In this document: piece by piece, positions 22,607 through 32,150 of the stretch
How the letters are laid out: each line of letters opens with the position of its first letter
Numbering within the stretch: position 1 is the stretch's first letter
Virus record (IMG/VR): IMGVR_UViG_3300027672_000002
Location: 1 to 32,150 of that record
Source of the DNA: a virus
Lineage: Duplodnaviria > Caudoviricetes
DNA: 32,150 bases
Reading direction: 5' to 3' (one strand)
Program-made: the position numbers and the translations under genes
The notes under the pieces: generated by a model
What the model was told of the DNA's origin: nothing
What the model saw: only the letters and a program-made list of their open reading frames with translations
The model's database searches: none

Positions 22607-24696
22607 AAAACACACAATTGAGAAACGACAAAGGGCAGTTTAAAAAGGCATCAAAAGTATCAGAGTTTGGCTTTGTAAACCTTAGCACGTATACAAGCCC
22701 TCAGATTAAAGAAGTCAATGGCGAAGATTACATTGAGTACGGAGCTGACAATAACTATTTTCAATATCTCATAGACAGATACAATGGTAGTCCAACTAAC
22801 AATGCGGCTATTAACGGAATTAGTCAAGCTATTTACGGAAAAGGGTTAAATGCTACAAATTCAAATCGTAAGCCTAATGAGTATGCTCAGATGGTTTCCT
22901 TATTTAAAAAGGATGTGGTAAGAAAATTATGTTACGACCTAAAATTAATGGGGCAATGTGCTGTTCAAGTTATCTATTCTAAAGACAGAAAAAAGATTGC
23001 TCAAATAGAGCATATGCCTATTGAAACTTTGAGAGCTGCTAAAGCAAACGAAGATGGTGATATACCTGCTTACTATTATTTTAAGGATTGGGTAAACATA
23101 AAAAGGAGCGATGAACCTCTAAGAATACCAGCTTATGGTATGTCAAAAGAGAACATCGAGATAATGTACATCAAACCTTACAAATCTGGATTTTATTACT
23201 ATAGCCCTGTTGATTACCAAGGGGGTTTACAATATGCGGAACTAGAAGAAGAGGTTTCAAATTATCACCTCAACAATATAATGAATGGATTAGCTCCTAG
23301 TATGCTAATTAATTTTAATAACGGTACTCCAAACCAAGAGGAACGTCAATTAATTGAATCAAAAATTGCTCAGAAGTTTTCAGGCACTAGCAACGCAGGT
23401 AAGTTTATACTAGCCTTTAATGATAACAAGGAAAGTCAAGCAGAAATTACTCCTGTTCAATTGAGCGATGCTCATAACCAATACCAGTTCTTATCAGAGG
23501 AGGCTACTAAAAAAATAATGGTTGCTCACCGTATTGTTTCGCCTATGCTTTTAGGTATTAAAGACTCTAGTGGATTAGGAAACAATGCTGAAGAGATTAA
23601 GACTGCATCACTATTGATGGACAACACAGTTATTAGACCGTTTCAGGAGCTTTTAATAGATTCCTTTGATAGTCTATTGGCGTTCAATGATATCTCTTTA
23701 AAACTATACTTTACGACCTTACAGCCGCTAGAATTTACAGAGGTTGATAGTGACATACAAGACAAAGAAACTATTGAAGAGGAAACAGGTGTAGAAATGC
23801 AAAAATTTTCTCTTAAGACAATAGATGGAAAACAAGCATATAAAACAAAAGAAGAGGCAATAGCAAAAGCTGAAGCCGATGGTTGTGGTGGGTATCACGA
23901 ACACGAAGTTGAGGGCGTTGTTTATTTTATGCCTTGTGAGAATCACGATATAGCTCTAAAGGAACCTTGTTGGGATGGTTATGAGCAGTATGGTACTAAA
24001 ATGAAAAATGGAAAAGAAGTGCCTAATTGCATTCCTTTATCTACTGAACTGTCTAGTGACAATACAGAGGTCTTGTTGGGATCTTTGGGCAAGTCGGGAA
24101 CTCAAATGGGCGACGAGTGGGTTGTAGTTGATGAATTAGACGAGGATTCTGAATATAGCAACGAAGATTGGGCTGCTTATTTGATAAATGAAAAAGCAGA
24201 AACAACACTATCAAAGATAAAAACTCTCGTAGGTCTTAAAGATTTTGTTACGTCTAAAAATGATGGATCTGCTTATAGCGATTTAGATTCCAAAAATGGC
24301 TTATACAAAATAAGATACAAGTATGAAAAAGGGATGTCGCAATCTGGAGAATCTAGGGATTTCTGTCAAAATATGATGGCGATGAGCAGCTCTGGAACCG
24401 TATGGCGTATCGAGGATATTGACAAGGCTAGCAATTTTGAGGATGTTAATGTACAGTTCAGACACAAACCTAGTATGCGTTATAACATCTTTGAATTAAA
24501 AGGTGGCATTTATTGCAAACATAAATGGGTTAGAGTTTTATACAGGCTAGAAAGCAAAACTGAGGTATCTAAAAACCTCAAGAACTATAAAAAAACAAAG
24601 ACTATACCTGCATACGCTTTAAGAAATCCAAAAGGATCAAAAAAAGCTGGAATAGCAACGGACAAACAATCAGGCAGAGGAGCTTACCCAAAATAA
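22603..24696 (+). CDS. Portal protein with long C-terminal extension (MuF-like motifs)
   Basis: YGADNNY, SPTNNA, FSGTSNAGK, AHRIVSPMLLGI, VIRPFQ; SRDFC...KGGIYCKHKW. Confidence 0.85.
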   Translation: MKNTQLRNDKGQFKKASKVSEFGFVNLSTYTSPQIKEVNGEDYIEYGADNNYFQYLIDRYNGSPTNNAAINGISQAIYGKGLNATNSNRKPNEYAQMVSLFKKDVVRKLCYDLKLMGQCAVQVIYSKDRKKIAQIEHMPIETLRAAKANEDGDIPAYYYFKDWVNIKRSDEPLRIPAYGMSKENIEIMYIKPYKSGFYYYSPVDYQGGLQYAELEEEVSNYHLNNIMNGLAPSMLINFNNGTPNQEERQLIESKIAQKFSGTSNAGKFILAFNDNKESQAEITPVQLSDAHNQYQFLSEEATKKIMVAHRIVSPMLLGIKDSSGLGNNAEEIKTASLLMDNTVIRPFQELLIDSFDSLLAFNDISLKLYFTTLQPLEFTEVDSDIQDKETIEEETGVEMQKFSLKTIDGKQAYKTKEEAIAKAEADGCGGYHEHEVEGVVYFMPCENHDIALKEPCWDGYEQYGTKMKNGKEVPNCIPLSTELSSDNTEVLLGSLGKSGTQMGDEWVVVDELDEDSEYSNEDWAAYLINEKAETTLSKIKTLVGLKDFVTSKNDGSAYSDLDSKNGLYKIRYKYEKGMSQSGESRDFCQNMMAMSSSGTVWRIEDIDKASNFEDVNVQFRHKPSMRYNIFELKGGIYCKHKWVRVLYRLESKTEVSKNLKNYKKTKTIPAYALRNPKGSKKAGIATDKQSGRGAYPK

Positions 24697-24703
24697 TTAA
24701 ACA

Positions 24704-25213
24704 ATGGCAACAATATTATTCATAGATAGAACTGACCTAGTTCGCAACTCTATACTTGATGGGAATGTGGACACGGACAAGTTCATTTTTTTTATAAAGA
24801 CGGCACAGGAAATTCACATACAGAACTACTTAGGCACTAAGATGTATGAAGGCTTAACGGCTGCAATAAAAGCGGGAATTGATTTAGCTGTTAACGCACG
24901 TTGGAAAACATTACTAGATGAATATGTTGTACCAATGCACATTTGGTTTACTCAGGTAGATTATTTACCATTTGCTAGTTATCAGCTACGCAACGGAGGT
25001 ATGTATAAACACCGCTCAGAGAATGCTGAAACAGTTTCAAAAGAAGAGGTCGACTATTTGGTAGAAAAAGCTAGAACTAATGCAGAGTGGTATTCCAGAA
25101 GGTTTATTGACTTTATGTCTTTTAACCAAACTTTATATCCTGAGTATACCAGCAATAATAATGATGACATATACCCGTCATACGACGCGACATTCAACGG
25201 ATGGGTTCTGTAA
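24704..25213 (+). CDS. Putative head-tail adaptor
   Basis: Helical; IKTAQEIHIQNYLGT; follows portal. Confidence 0.55.
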   Translation: MATILFIDRTDLVRNSILDGNVDTDKFIFFIKTAQEIHIQNYLGTKMYEGLTAAIKAGIDLAVNARWKTLLDEYVVPMHIWFTQVDYLPFASYQLRNGGMYKHRSENAETVSKEEVDYLVEKARTNAEWYSRRFIDFMSFNQTLYPEYTSNNNDDIYPSYDATFNGWVL

Positions 25214-25314
25214 AGTACAAGATAAAAAAGATCAACATTAAAAAGCTCAAGGTCTTTCTAAAGAAGACCGAAATTAATAAAACAAAAAAATCAACGAATG
25301 GCAACTCTATTTAA
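25201..25314 (+). CDS. Possible 37-aa basic peptide
   Basis: MGSVKYKIKKINIKKLKVFLKK...; bridges adaptor and fibre genes. Confidence 0.4.
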   Translation: MGSVKYKIKKINIKKLKVFLKKTEINKTKKSTNGNSI

Positions 25315-28300
25315 TACCAAAATTTCCGCAACGTATACTGGCCTTTTTAAGACTATTGACAACGCTGTTCTTTCAGCTTCTTTAAAAGAGCTTACGGATG
25401 GTTCTGGTAATCAATCAGGACTATTCCTAAACACGGCAGGTGACTTTAAGGTTACAAGCGTACTAGAATGGGGTTCGTTAAAAGACACAGGAACAGGGGT
25501 GACAATTACCCAGTTTGTAACGGCGGCAAATGGCATTGAGAATTTTAATAATGACACCACGTTACCGACCAGCGCAGCGGTTAAATTGTATGTTGATACT
25601 AAATTTTCTCAGACCGATACCTTGACTGAGGTCTTGGGCTTTGGAAACACTACAAGCGGAAAGGATATTGCGGTAAGTGCAGGAGATGACATTACGTTTA
25701 CTGATACTTCTAAAATCTTAATGGGTGCAGGAAGTGATTTACAAATATTTCACGATGGCTCAAATTCATTTATACAGGATTTAGGCACAGGTAATTTAAA
25801 AATCCAAACAAATGGATTAGGAATAGACCTAACAAAAGGAAGTACTGAATTTTTAGCCAAATTTATTATTGATGGTGGTAATGAATTATACTTTAATAAT
25901 GTAAAGAAATTTGAAACCACTTTATTAGGCAGTACAGTTACGGGAGATTTACTTGTGACAGGAACCATAAGTGGCTCAGGAGGCTCATTCTTGCCACTTG
26001 CAGGAGGCACAATGACAGGCAACACTATCCACAACGATAATGTAAAATCGTTATATGGTACAAGCTCAGACCTTCAAATATTTCACGATGGTTCTAACTC
26101 ATTTATTAATGAAACAGGTACTGGAAATTTATTTATACAAGCTGATACTCAAATTAGGTTAGGTAGTATATCTGGAGAAAAATATGCAAGATTTAACCTA
26201 AATGGTAATGTAGAACTTTTTTACGATAATGCTATAAAGTTAGCAACTACAAACACAGGAGTATCCGTAACAGGTGCTTTATCTACTACAACAAATGTAT
26301 CAGTAGGGGCAAATGCAACTTTTGTAGATAGTGGAAAAGCCATATTTGGTGCAGGGTCTGACTTACAGATTTATCACGATGGCTCAAATAGTTTTATAAC
26401 AAATACAGGTGGTTCTTTAATTGTAAGGGCAACTAATTTTGCAGTACAAAGTGCTGACGGAACAGACGATTTTATAACAACAGTTCAAAATGCACAAATA
26501 AATTTATTTTATAATAGTTCTAAAAAGTTTGAAACACTTACAGACGGTGCAAAGGTTACAGGAAACCTCGAGGTGACTGGCACGATAACTGGCGCAGGTG
26601 GTTCTTTCCTCCCATTGATTGGCGGAACAATGACTGGCAACACTATCCACAACGATAATGTTAAAAGCATATACGGAACGGCTTCTGATGGTCTTGAGAT
26701 ATTTCACGATGGTTCAAATTCGTTTATTAAAGATACAGGAACAGGTTTTTTAGTAATTAAAACAGGAACAACAGGGTTTTTACTTCAAAATAATATAGGG
26801 GCAAATGTTATACAAACAGGTGGAAATACAGTTTTTTTACGTTATGGTGAAAGCACAAAGTTTGAAACTACAAACACAGGTATCTCAGTAACAGGAAACG
26901 GAGCATTTACAGGAAGTGTTTCAATACCTGATGCAGGTCAATTACAATTAGGAACAGGAAATGGACTGAAAGTTTTTCATAATTCTGCTAGTGGATTTTT
27001 ACAAAATAGTATTGGAGATTTATTTATAGACCAAGCAACCGTAACTCAAGCAATAAAATTTAGAGTATCAAACTCATCAGCACTGGATACTACGGCTTTA
27101 ACTATAAACCGAGAAGGTGATTTAATTACTGGAGCAGATGTAACGATTGCGGGAGACCTTACAGTAAATGGTACAACAACAACTGTCAACTCACAAACGC
27201 TTTCAGTAGTTGACCCATTAATCAGTCTAGCCACAGCGAACACCGCTAACAGCTTAGATATTGGTTTTTATGGTAAGTATAATGATTCAACCAATCGTTA
27301 CTTAGGACTCTTTAATGATGCCTCAGACAGCAATAAATTCAAGTTGTTTAGAGGTACAACCGTAGAACCAACAACAACGGTCAATGTTGCAGGTGCTGGA
27401 TATGTAGCAGCAGATTTAGTTATAGCAGGTTTAGAAGCAACAACAGGAGTTTTTAGTACAAGTGTAACAGTAGCAGCGGCATCGCCATTATTTAGATTAA
27501 CAGATACTGACAATAACACTAATATTGATTTACTTTCTATTGGTGGTGCGTTTATTCTTAATTCAACTTCTGACCAAATTTATCAAATAGGTGGAACTGA
27601 AAAATTTAGAATTGCATCTTCTACATCAACTTTTGCAGGAAATGTTACTGCTGCAAGAGGATTTTTTAATGCAGGAGCAGCTAATGTTGTAGCAACTTTT
27701 ACAAGTACAGATGCAACCTCAACTTTACAATGTATTGATATTGGAGGAAATGTAGAATTTGGAGCAAGTGGAAATAATTTTGTAGTACAACCAGCAGGTG
27801 GAGTTGCTCAATTAACAGTAGGAGCTAGTACATCAACTTTTGCAGGAGATATTAAGATTAACAACACAACACCTTATTTATTAAATAATGATGATGAAAT
27901 ATTAACAGGTTCAGATGCAGGGGGTTATTACTTTGGACTTGTTTCAAGTGCTAATTCATCAAAAAGTATACAAATTGGAGACCATAATTCTTTTATAAGA
28001 TTTGATACTGATGGTGGAGAAAGAATGCGTATTGATGCTTCGGGCAACGTCGGGATTGGAACAACGACACCTAATAGAAGGCTAGAAGTTTCTGAAGCCT
28101 CAAATGGCAATATTGCATTATTTACTAATACAGTAGATGCTGATTTGAATATTAACCTTACAAGTGGTGTTACTTTACTTGCGCCATCAACTGGAATTTT
28201 AGCGTTTGGTAGAGCTAGTACCGAAACAATGCGTATTGCTGCTAATTCCAACGTAGGTATTGGGACAATTAGTCCTACTGAAAAACTAAACGTAGCTGGA

Positions 28301-30223
28301 AATGTAAAAATAGGAACTGCAACAACTGGAACACCTGCCACACAAGCAGATGATTTAGTTATTGATAAAGGTGCAAGTGAATCAGGAATAACTTTAATTT
28401 CAACTGCTGCTTCTTCTATAAGATTTGGGGATGCTGCAAATACTTCAATAGGTTCTATAGAATATAATCATAATAGTAATTATTTAAGATTTAGCACTAA
28501 CAATGCCGAAAGGATGCGCATTGACTCGAATGGGAAGGTTGGAATTGGTGCTCCATCTATTGACGGAAATAGTACACTACAAGTACAAAACGATTCAGGA
28601 AATTGTTTGATTAGAGTGAGAGGTGGTTCGTCAAGCATTGCGGGAATAGATTTTGGCGATTCAGGCGACATTGATATTGCGGGAATTAGATACCACAATT
28701 CAAGTAATTTTATGCAATTTAATGTCAACGCATCAGAAAGAATGCGTATTGATGCTTCAGGGCAAACCACATTAAGCAATGTTGCAGGAAATACTTTAAC
28801 ATTAACAAAATCAAATGGAGCATCTTTAAACTTTAATGATAGTACAGGAATTAGAGCAGGAATACACGCTTTAAATGGTGCAGATGGAATGGCGTTTTTA
28901 ACTGGTTCTGCACAAACAGAGAGAATGCGTATAGACAGTTCTGGAAACGTAGGTATTGGGACAGCTAGTCCTACTGAAAAACTATCAGTAGACGGAAATT
29001 TAAAAATATTTGGAACTGATACCGCAGCTCTTCAATTTGAAAATGCGGTAAATGGAACAAGATTTCATTATTTAATCCCGCATTATAGTGCTAGTGATAG
29101 TAGCTTAAATTCTTTAGAGTTTAAAGTTTCATCATCAACCGCAGGTAATGAAGTATCTGTTATGACTCTTAACGGAGCTGGAAACACAACTTTTGCAGGA
29201 ACAATAAATTCAGTAGCCAATACAAATTCAGGGTTTTTAAGTGAATTTAAAAATATTAGTACTGGTGCTTCTGCGTATTCAGGTTTTAGAATAAGAAATA
29301 GTGACGGTGGTTTTGCAGAATTTTGGAGAAATAGTACAGCCAAATCAGGAACAGGAAACGCAGCGTTATCATTAAATATTTATAATAGTGCAGATGTAAA
29401 CTTATGGTCAGGCGAAACACACACGATGGCTTTAGTAGGAAATAATGTAGGTATTGGAGATTTAACCCCAAGTTATCCACTTGTAGTTTCTAAATCCTCA
29501 TCCTCTACATCAAATGGAGATGATTCTTCGGTAAGGTTAATGTTAACTAACACAAATACAACTGTTAATAATTACTCTTTAATAAGTTTTAACGATGCAA
29601 CAAATCAGGGGTCTAGTGGTGCACTAGGATTACAATATACTGACCACACTAATAATTATGGCGATTTATGTTTTATAACTAGAGGTGCAGGAGGTTATGG
29701 AGAAAGAATGCGTATAACATCTTCGGGGATATTTATAATAAATCAAACAACACCAAATAGTGATGGAGATGGTTTTGGTGTTTATCCAGTTGGGTCAAGT
29801 GGTGGAACTTTGGTTAATTGTTATAATGGTGATGATGGAGCTGCTTTGAGAGTAGGGAAAAATTCAAATGGCATTCTTGTTAATTTTGTGCGTGGCACTA
29901 CAACTGTTGGTTCAATATCAGTTACCCAAAGTACAACTGCCTACAATACATCATCAGATTATAGATTAAAAGAAGATTTACAAGACTTTACAGGTTTAGA
30001 TATGGTTTCTAAAATATCTGTATACGACCACAAATGGAAAGTAGATGAAAGCAGGTCTTATGGTGTTATGGCTCACGAACTTCAAGAGGTATTACCACAA
30101 GCTGTAACAGGCGAAAAAGATGCTGAAGAATATCAAGCGGTTGACTATTCTAAAATTGTTCCAGTATTGGTTAAAGCAATCCAAGAACTAGAGGCTAAAA
30201 TAAAGGTTTTAGAACAAAAATAA
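25298..30223 (+). CDS. Long tail fibre with C-terminal peptidase S74 intramolecular chaperone
   Basis: HDGSNSFI x4, (E)RMRI...GNVGIGT-type repeats x6, TSSDYRLKE...GVMAHELQEV.P...VDYSKIVPVLVKAIQEL. Confidence 0.9.
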   Translation: MATLFNTKISATYTGLFKTIDNAVLSASLKELTDGSGNQSGLFLNTAGDFKVTSVLEWGSLKDTGTGVTITQFVTAANGIENFNNDTTLPTSAAVKLYVDTKFSQTDTLTEVLGFGNTTSGKDIAVSAGDDITFTDTSKILMGAGSDLQIFHDGSNSFIQDLGTGNLKIQTNGLGIDLTKGSTEFLAKFIIDGGNELYFNNVKKFETTLLGSTVTGDLLVTGTISGSGGSFLPLAGGTMTGNTIHNDNVKSLYGTSSDLQIFHDGSNSFINETGTGNLFIQADTQIRLGSISGEKYARFNLNGNVELFYDNAIKLATTNTGVSVTGALSTTTNVSVGANATFVDSGKAIFGAGSDLQIYHDGSNSFITNTGGSLIVRATNFAVQSADGTDDFITTVQNAQINLFYNSSKKFETLTDGAKVTGNLEVTGTITGAGGSFLPLIGGTMTGNTIHNDNVKSIYGTASDGLEIFHDGSNSFIKDTGTGFLVIKTGTTGFLLQNNIGANVIQTGGNTVFLRYGESTKFETTNTGISVTGNGAFTGSVSIPDAGQLQLGTGNGLKVFHNSASGFLQNSIGDLFIDQATVTQAIKFRVSNSSALDTTALTINREGDLITGADVTIAGDLTVNGTTTTVNSQTLSVVDPLISLATANTANSLDIGFYGKYNDSTNRYLGLFNDASDSNKFKLFRGTTVEPTTTVNVAGAGYVAADLVIAGLEATTGVFSTSVTVAAASPLFRLTDTDNNTNIDLLSIGGAFILNSTSDQIYQIGGTEKFRIASSTSTFAGNVTAARGFFNAGAANVVATFTSTDATSTLQCIDIGGNVEFGASGNNFVVQPAGGVAQLTVGASTSTFAGDIKINNTTPYLLNNDDEILTGSDAGGYYFGLVSSANSSKSIQIGDHNSFIRFDTDGGERMRIDASGNVGIGTTTPNRRLEVSEASNGNIALFTNTVDADLNINLTSGVTLLAPSTGILAFGRASTETMRIAANSNVGIGTISPTEKLNVAGNVKIGTATTGTPATQADDLVIDKGASESGITLISTAASSIRFGDAANTSIGSIEYNHNSNYLRFSTNNAERMRIDSNGKVGIGAPSIDGNSTLQVQNDSGNCLIRVRGGSSSIAGIDFGDSGDIDIAGIRYHNSSNFMQFNVNASERMRIDASGQTTLSNVAGNTLTLTKSNGASLNFNDSTGIRAGIHALNGADGMAFLTGSAQTERMRIDSSGNVGIGTASPTEKLSVDGNLKIFGTDTAALQFENAVNGTRFHYLIPHYSASDSSLNSLEFKVSSSTAGNEVSVMTLNGAGNTTFAGTINSVANTNSGFLSEFKNISTGASAYSGFRIRNSDGGFAEFWRNSTAKSGTGNAALSLNIYNSADVNLWSGETHTMALVGNNVGIGDLTPSYPLVVSKSSSSTSNGDDSSVRLMLTNTNTTVNNYSLISFNDATNQGSSGALGLQYTDHTNNYGDLCFITRGAGGYGERMRITSSGIFIINQTTPNSDGDGFGVYPVGSSGGTLVNCYNGDDGAALRVGKNSNGILVNFVRGTTTVGSISVTQSTTAYNTSSDYRLKEDLQDFTGLDMVSKISVYDHKWKVDESRSYGVMAHELQEVLPQAVTGEKDAEEYQAVDYSKIVPVLVKAIQELEAKIKVLEQK

Positions 30224-30230
30224 AATTCAT

Positions 30231-30238
30231 TATCTTTG
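30231..30238 (+). promoter_or_regulatory. Bacteroidota -7 element TATCTTTG upstream of lysis region
   Basis: Consensus TAnnTTTG in the intergenic gap; -33 imperfect. Confidence 0.55.
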
Positions 30239-30263
30239 AATCTAATCTTAAAAAACAATTAAA

Positions 30264-30503
30264 ATGTCAAAAATCACAGAAGCAGAATTGAAAGGCTTAC
30301 AAGAACAAGAGCAGAAAAAAGGTGCAATCCTGCACGACCTTGGCTTGTTACAAACTCAGATTCACAGTTTGAATCATATGTACGTTCAGCTAATGGTTGA
30401 GCAAGATGGCACAAAAAAAGAACTAGAAGAGGCTTATGGTAAAGTCAACATTGACTTGAAAGATGGCTCTTTTGAAGTTATCAAAGATGAAGAGACTAAG
30501 TAA
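30264..30503 (+). CDS. Small coiled-coil protein
   Basis: LEEAYGKVNIDLKDG C-terminus. Confidence 0.7.
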   Translation: MSKITEAELKGLQEQEQKKGAILHDLGLLQTQIHSLNHMYVQLMVEQDGTKKELEEAYGKVNIDLKDGSFEVIKDEETK

Positions 30504-30948
30504 ACACATAAGCTACAAAGAGGCCACCCATTCCGATACGGCAAAAAAATACAAAATAGCTAACAAACCAAGTTCTGAGGATATCGAGAATATGGAGTTA
30601 CTAGCTGAGAAGGTATTTGAGCCACTTAGGGAGTGGGTGGGGGAACCTATACGCGTCAATAGTATGTTTAGGTCACTTAAATTAAATACTGTCTTAAACG
30701 GAGCCCCACAGTCTTCACATATGAAAGGTCAGGCTTTTGATATTACTTCAATGGGTGGTAAAACTAATTTAGAAATGTTTTACTACATAAAAGACAACTT
30801 AGAATTTGACCAGCTTATTTGGGAATATGGAAACGAACCTGCTTGGTTACACGTTTCATATGTAAATGAAAAGGAAAATAGAAACCAAGTTCTGGTTATC
30901 AGAAAAAAAGGAATCTATCACGAATGGAGTAAATGTAAAACTTGCTAA
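30487..30948 (+). CDS. Endolysin, peptidase M15A family
   Basis: VFEPLRE, NSMFRS..LN, SSHMKGQAFDI, FDQLIWE, WLHVSY; likely start at ATG 30487. Confidence 0.9.
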   Translation: MKRLSKHISYKEATHSDTAKKYKIANKPSSEDIENMELLAEKVFEPLREWVGEPIRVNSMFRSLKLNTVLNGAPQSSHMKGQAFDITSMGGKTNLEMFYYIKDNLEFDQLIWEYGNEPAWLHVSYVNEKENRNQVLVIRKKGIYHEWSKCKTC

Positions 30949-30951
30949 AAA

Positions 30952-31416
30952 ATGCCCATACCTAATAAAAAAACTGGAGAAAAGCAAGGAGCTTATATGA
31001 TTCGATGTGTACCACAGCTTATGCAGTATCACGATAGATCTCAGGCTATAGCTATTTGCTACCGTTCTTTTCAGGGAAAGATGATGAACTTAGAAACTTA
31101 TAGCGACTATCCTCAAAGTGTTTCAAACAATGCTAAAAAGGTATTAAGGTGGCGTGATAAATATGGTGACGAAGTAAAGGGTATGACAAGAGTCGGATGG
31201 ACAAGAGCTAACCAATTGGCAAAGAGAGAAAATATAAGCCGTGAAACCATAGCTAGAATGTCAGCTTTCAGAAGACATCAAAAAAATGCTGAGGTAAGCG
31301 CAGAATTTAAAGACACCCCTTGGAAAGACAAAGGCTACGTAGCTTGGTTAGGTTGGGGTGGAACAAGTGGAATTAATTGGGCATCAAAGAAACTAGAACA
31401 AATTGACAAGAAATGA
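30952..31416 (+). CDS. Conserved-looking phage protein (MPIP..RC..QAIAIC module plus RANQLA...WGG domain)
   Basis: 154-aa ORF with two visible modules. Confidence 0.65.
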   Translation: MPIPNKKTGEKQGAYMIRCVPQLMQYHDRSQAIAICYRSFQGKMMNLETYSDYPQSVSNNAKKVLRWRDKYGDEVKGMTRVGWTRANQLAKRENISRETIARMSAFRRHQKNAEVSAEFKDTPWKDKGYVAWLGWGGTSGINWASKKLEQIDKK

Positions 31417-31562
31417 AACACGACTATCAAACCCTAGCAATAAACGCAGGTAGCTTTGGAATTTCAATGAGTAACATAGATGTAGCATTAAAGGTTATTC
31501 TACTGTCAATTACTATTTTGTATACCCTGCAGAAATGGTATCTGCTTAACAAGAAGAAATAA
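31413..31562 (+). CDS. 49-aa membrane peptide (holin/antiholin-like; not in ORF track)
   Basis: Coupled on both sides; hydrophobic VALKVILLSITILYTL followed by KKK. Confidence 0.65.
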   Translation: MKHDYQTLAINAGSFGISMSNIDVALKVILLSITILYTLQKWYLLNKKK

Positions 31563-31981
31563 TGCAAAAAAAAAAATTTGCAGAAACCAAAGCAGGTAAA
31601 TTTCTAAAAAAAGCATCACCAAAAATATTAGACTTACTTGGCGATTTAATTCCAGATGCTGGTATTTTTAATCTTGTTAAGGAGCTTATAATAAAAGACG
31701 ATGTAATCCCCCCAAAAGATAAAGAAACCGCATTACAGTTGATTAAAATGGACTTAATCGAGATGCAGGAGGTAACAAAGAGATGGGCTTCAGATATGAA
31801 ATCAGACTCTTGGCTATCGAAGAATGTAAGACCATTAACTTTAGTATTCTTTTCTTTGTCATATGTTACCGGATGGTTCTTGGAATATCCACTTGACAAT
31901 ATTACTGGTCTTTTATCTTTAATTGTAGCAGCTTATTTTGGATCTAGAGGGATTGAGAAATTTAAAGCCATAGGTAAATAG
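31562..31981 (+). CDS. Holin (GTA 3TM-holin-like)
   Basis: RWASDM.SDSWLSKNVRPL, two TM segments, AYFGSRGIEK. Confidence 0.75.
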   Translation: MQKKKFAETKAGKFLKKASPKILDLLGDLIPDAGIFNLVKELIIKDDVIPPKDKETALQLIKMDLIEMQEVTKRWASDMKSDSWLSKNVRPLTLVFFSLSYVTGWFLEYPLDNITGLLSLIVAAYFGSRGIEKFKAIGK

Positions 31982-32023
31982 TGCTTAAACACAAAAACTC
32001 TCAGATATTTCTATACTGAGATG

Positions 32024-32150
32024 ACGAATTAACTAATAAACCAAATAATATGACTGATGATTTCGGAATGAATGATAGCTTTGCTGACTTCGTTAATGAC
32101 CTAACAACAAGTGAAAAAAATGACAATGCTTGTTCTATTGATAATCCAGA
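32024..32150. repeat. Terminal direct repeat, right copy
   Basis: Identical to 1-127. Confidence 0.95.

Larger units (their letters stand above)
1..32150 (+). mobile_element. Complete tailed dsDNA phage genome (siphovirus-like), probable Bacteroidota/Flavobacteriia host
   Basis: Terminase, portal, capsid, tail tube, tape measure, tail fibre and lysis genes; identical 127-bp ends; Bacteroidota-type promoters. Confidence 0.93.

Noticed and set aside
25298-30223. Tail fibre repeats as DGR template/variable repeats or a CRISPR array
   Set aside because: No reverse transcriptase or cas gene, no adenine-specific mismatch pattern noticed, irregular spacing, and all in-frame coding.
1813-31899. All minus-strand ORFs in the track, plus + strand shadow candidates
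   Set aside because: They lie antisense to well-supported + strand genes and show no recognisable motifs.
32024-32150. 127-bp terminal repeat as a biological DTR
   Set aside because: Its length equals a common assembly k-mer and the right copy ends mid-ORF; best read as circular overlap.

Overview
The window is an apparently complete, circularly assembled ~32,023-bp tailed dsDNA phage genome; bases 1-127 equal 32024-32150, which looks like an assembler overlap. It is AT-rich, and every credible gene is on the + strand. TTTG-N19-TAnnTTTG promoters, A-rich leaders and the gene set point to a Bacteroidota (probably Flavobacteriia) host and siphovirus morphology. The early/replication region carries NinG, SSAP, SSB, an SF4-like helicase, a phage sigma factor, a PD-(D/E)xK nuclease, a 5'-3' exonuclease and a DnaA-domain-IV-like protein. 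It is followed by a ParB-GT-GT-TerS-TerL operon, a small early-type cassette, tail genes, head genes, portal, tail fibre and lysis genes. I recognised no integrase, DNA polymerase, methyltransferase, tRNA or CRISPR array. Most notable: (1) a candidate ~55-nt sRNA with its own promoter and terminator, whose 5' end is complementary to an ACAGA leader motif of early operons; (2) two GREB1/TAGT-like glycosyltransferases in the packaging operon with no recognisable base-hydroxylating enzyme; (3) five copies of a bipartite late promoter 3-4 nt from the ATG; (4) a stand-alone 40-aa peptide resembling the redox tail of ribonucleotide reductase; (5) two large-loop hairpins; (6) a -1 frameshift with both frames staying open. 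Family calls come from motif recognition by eye, not database searches.
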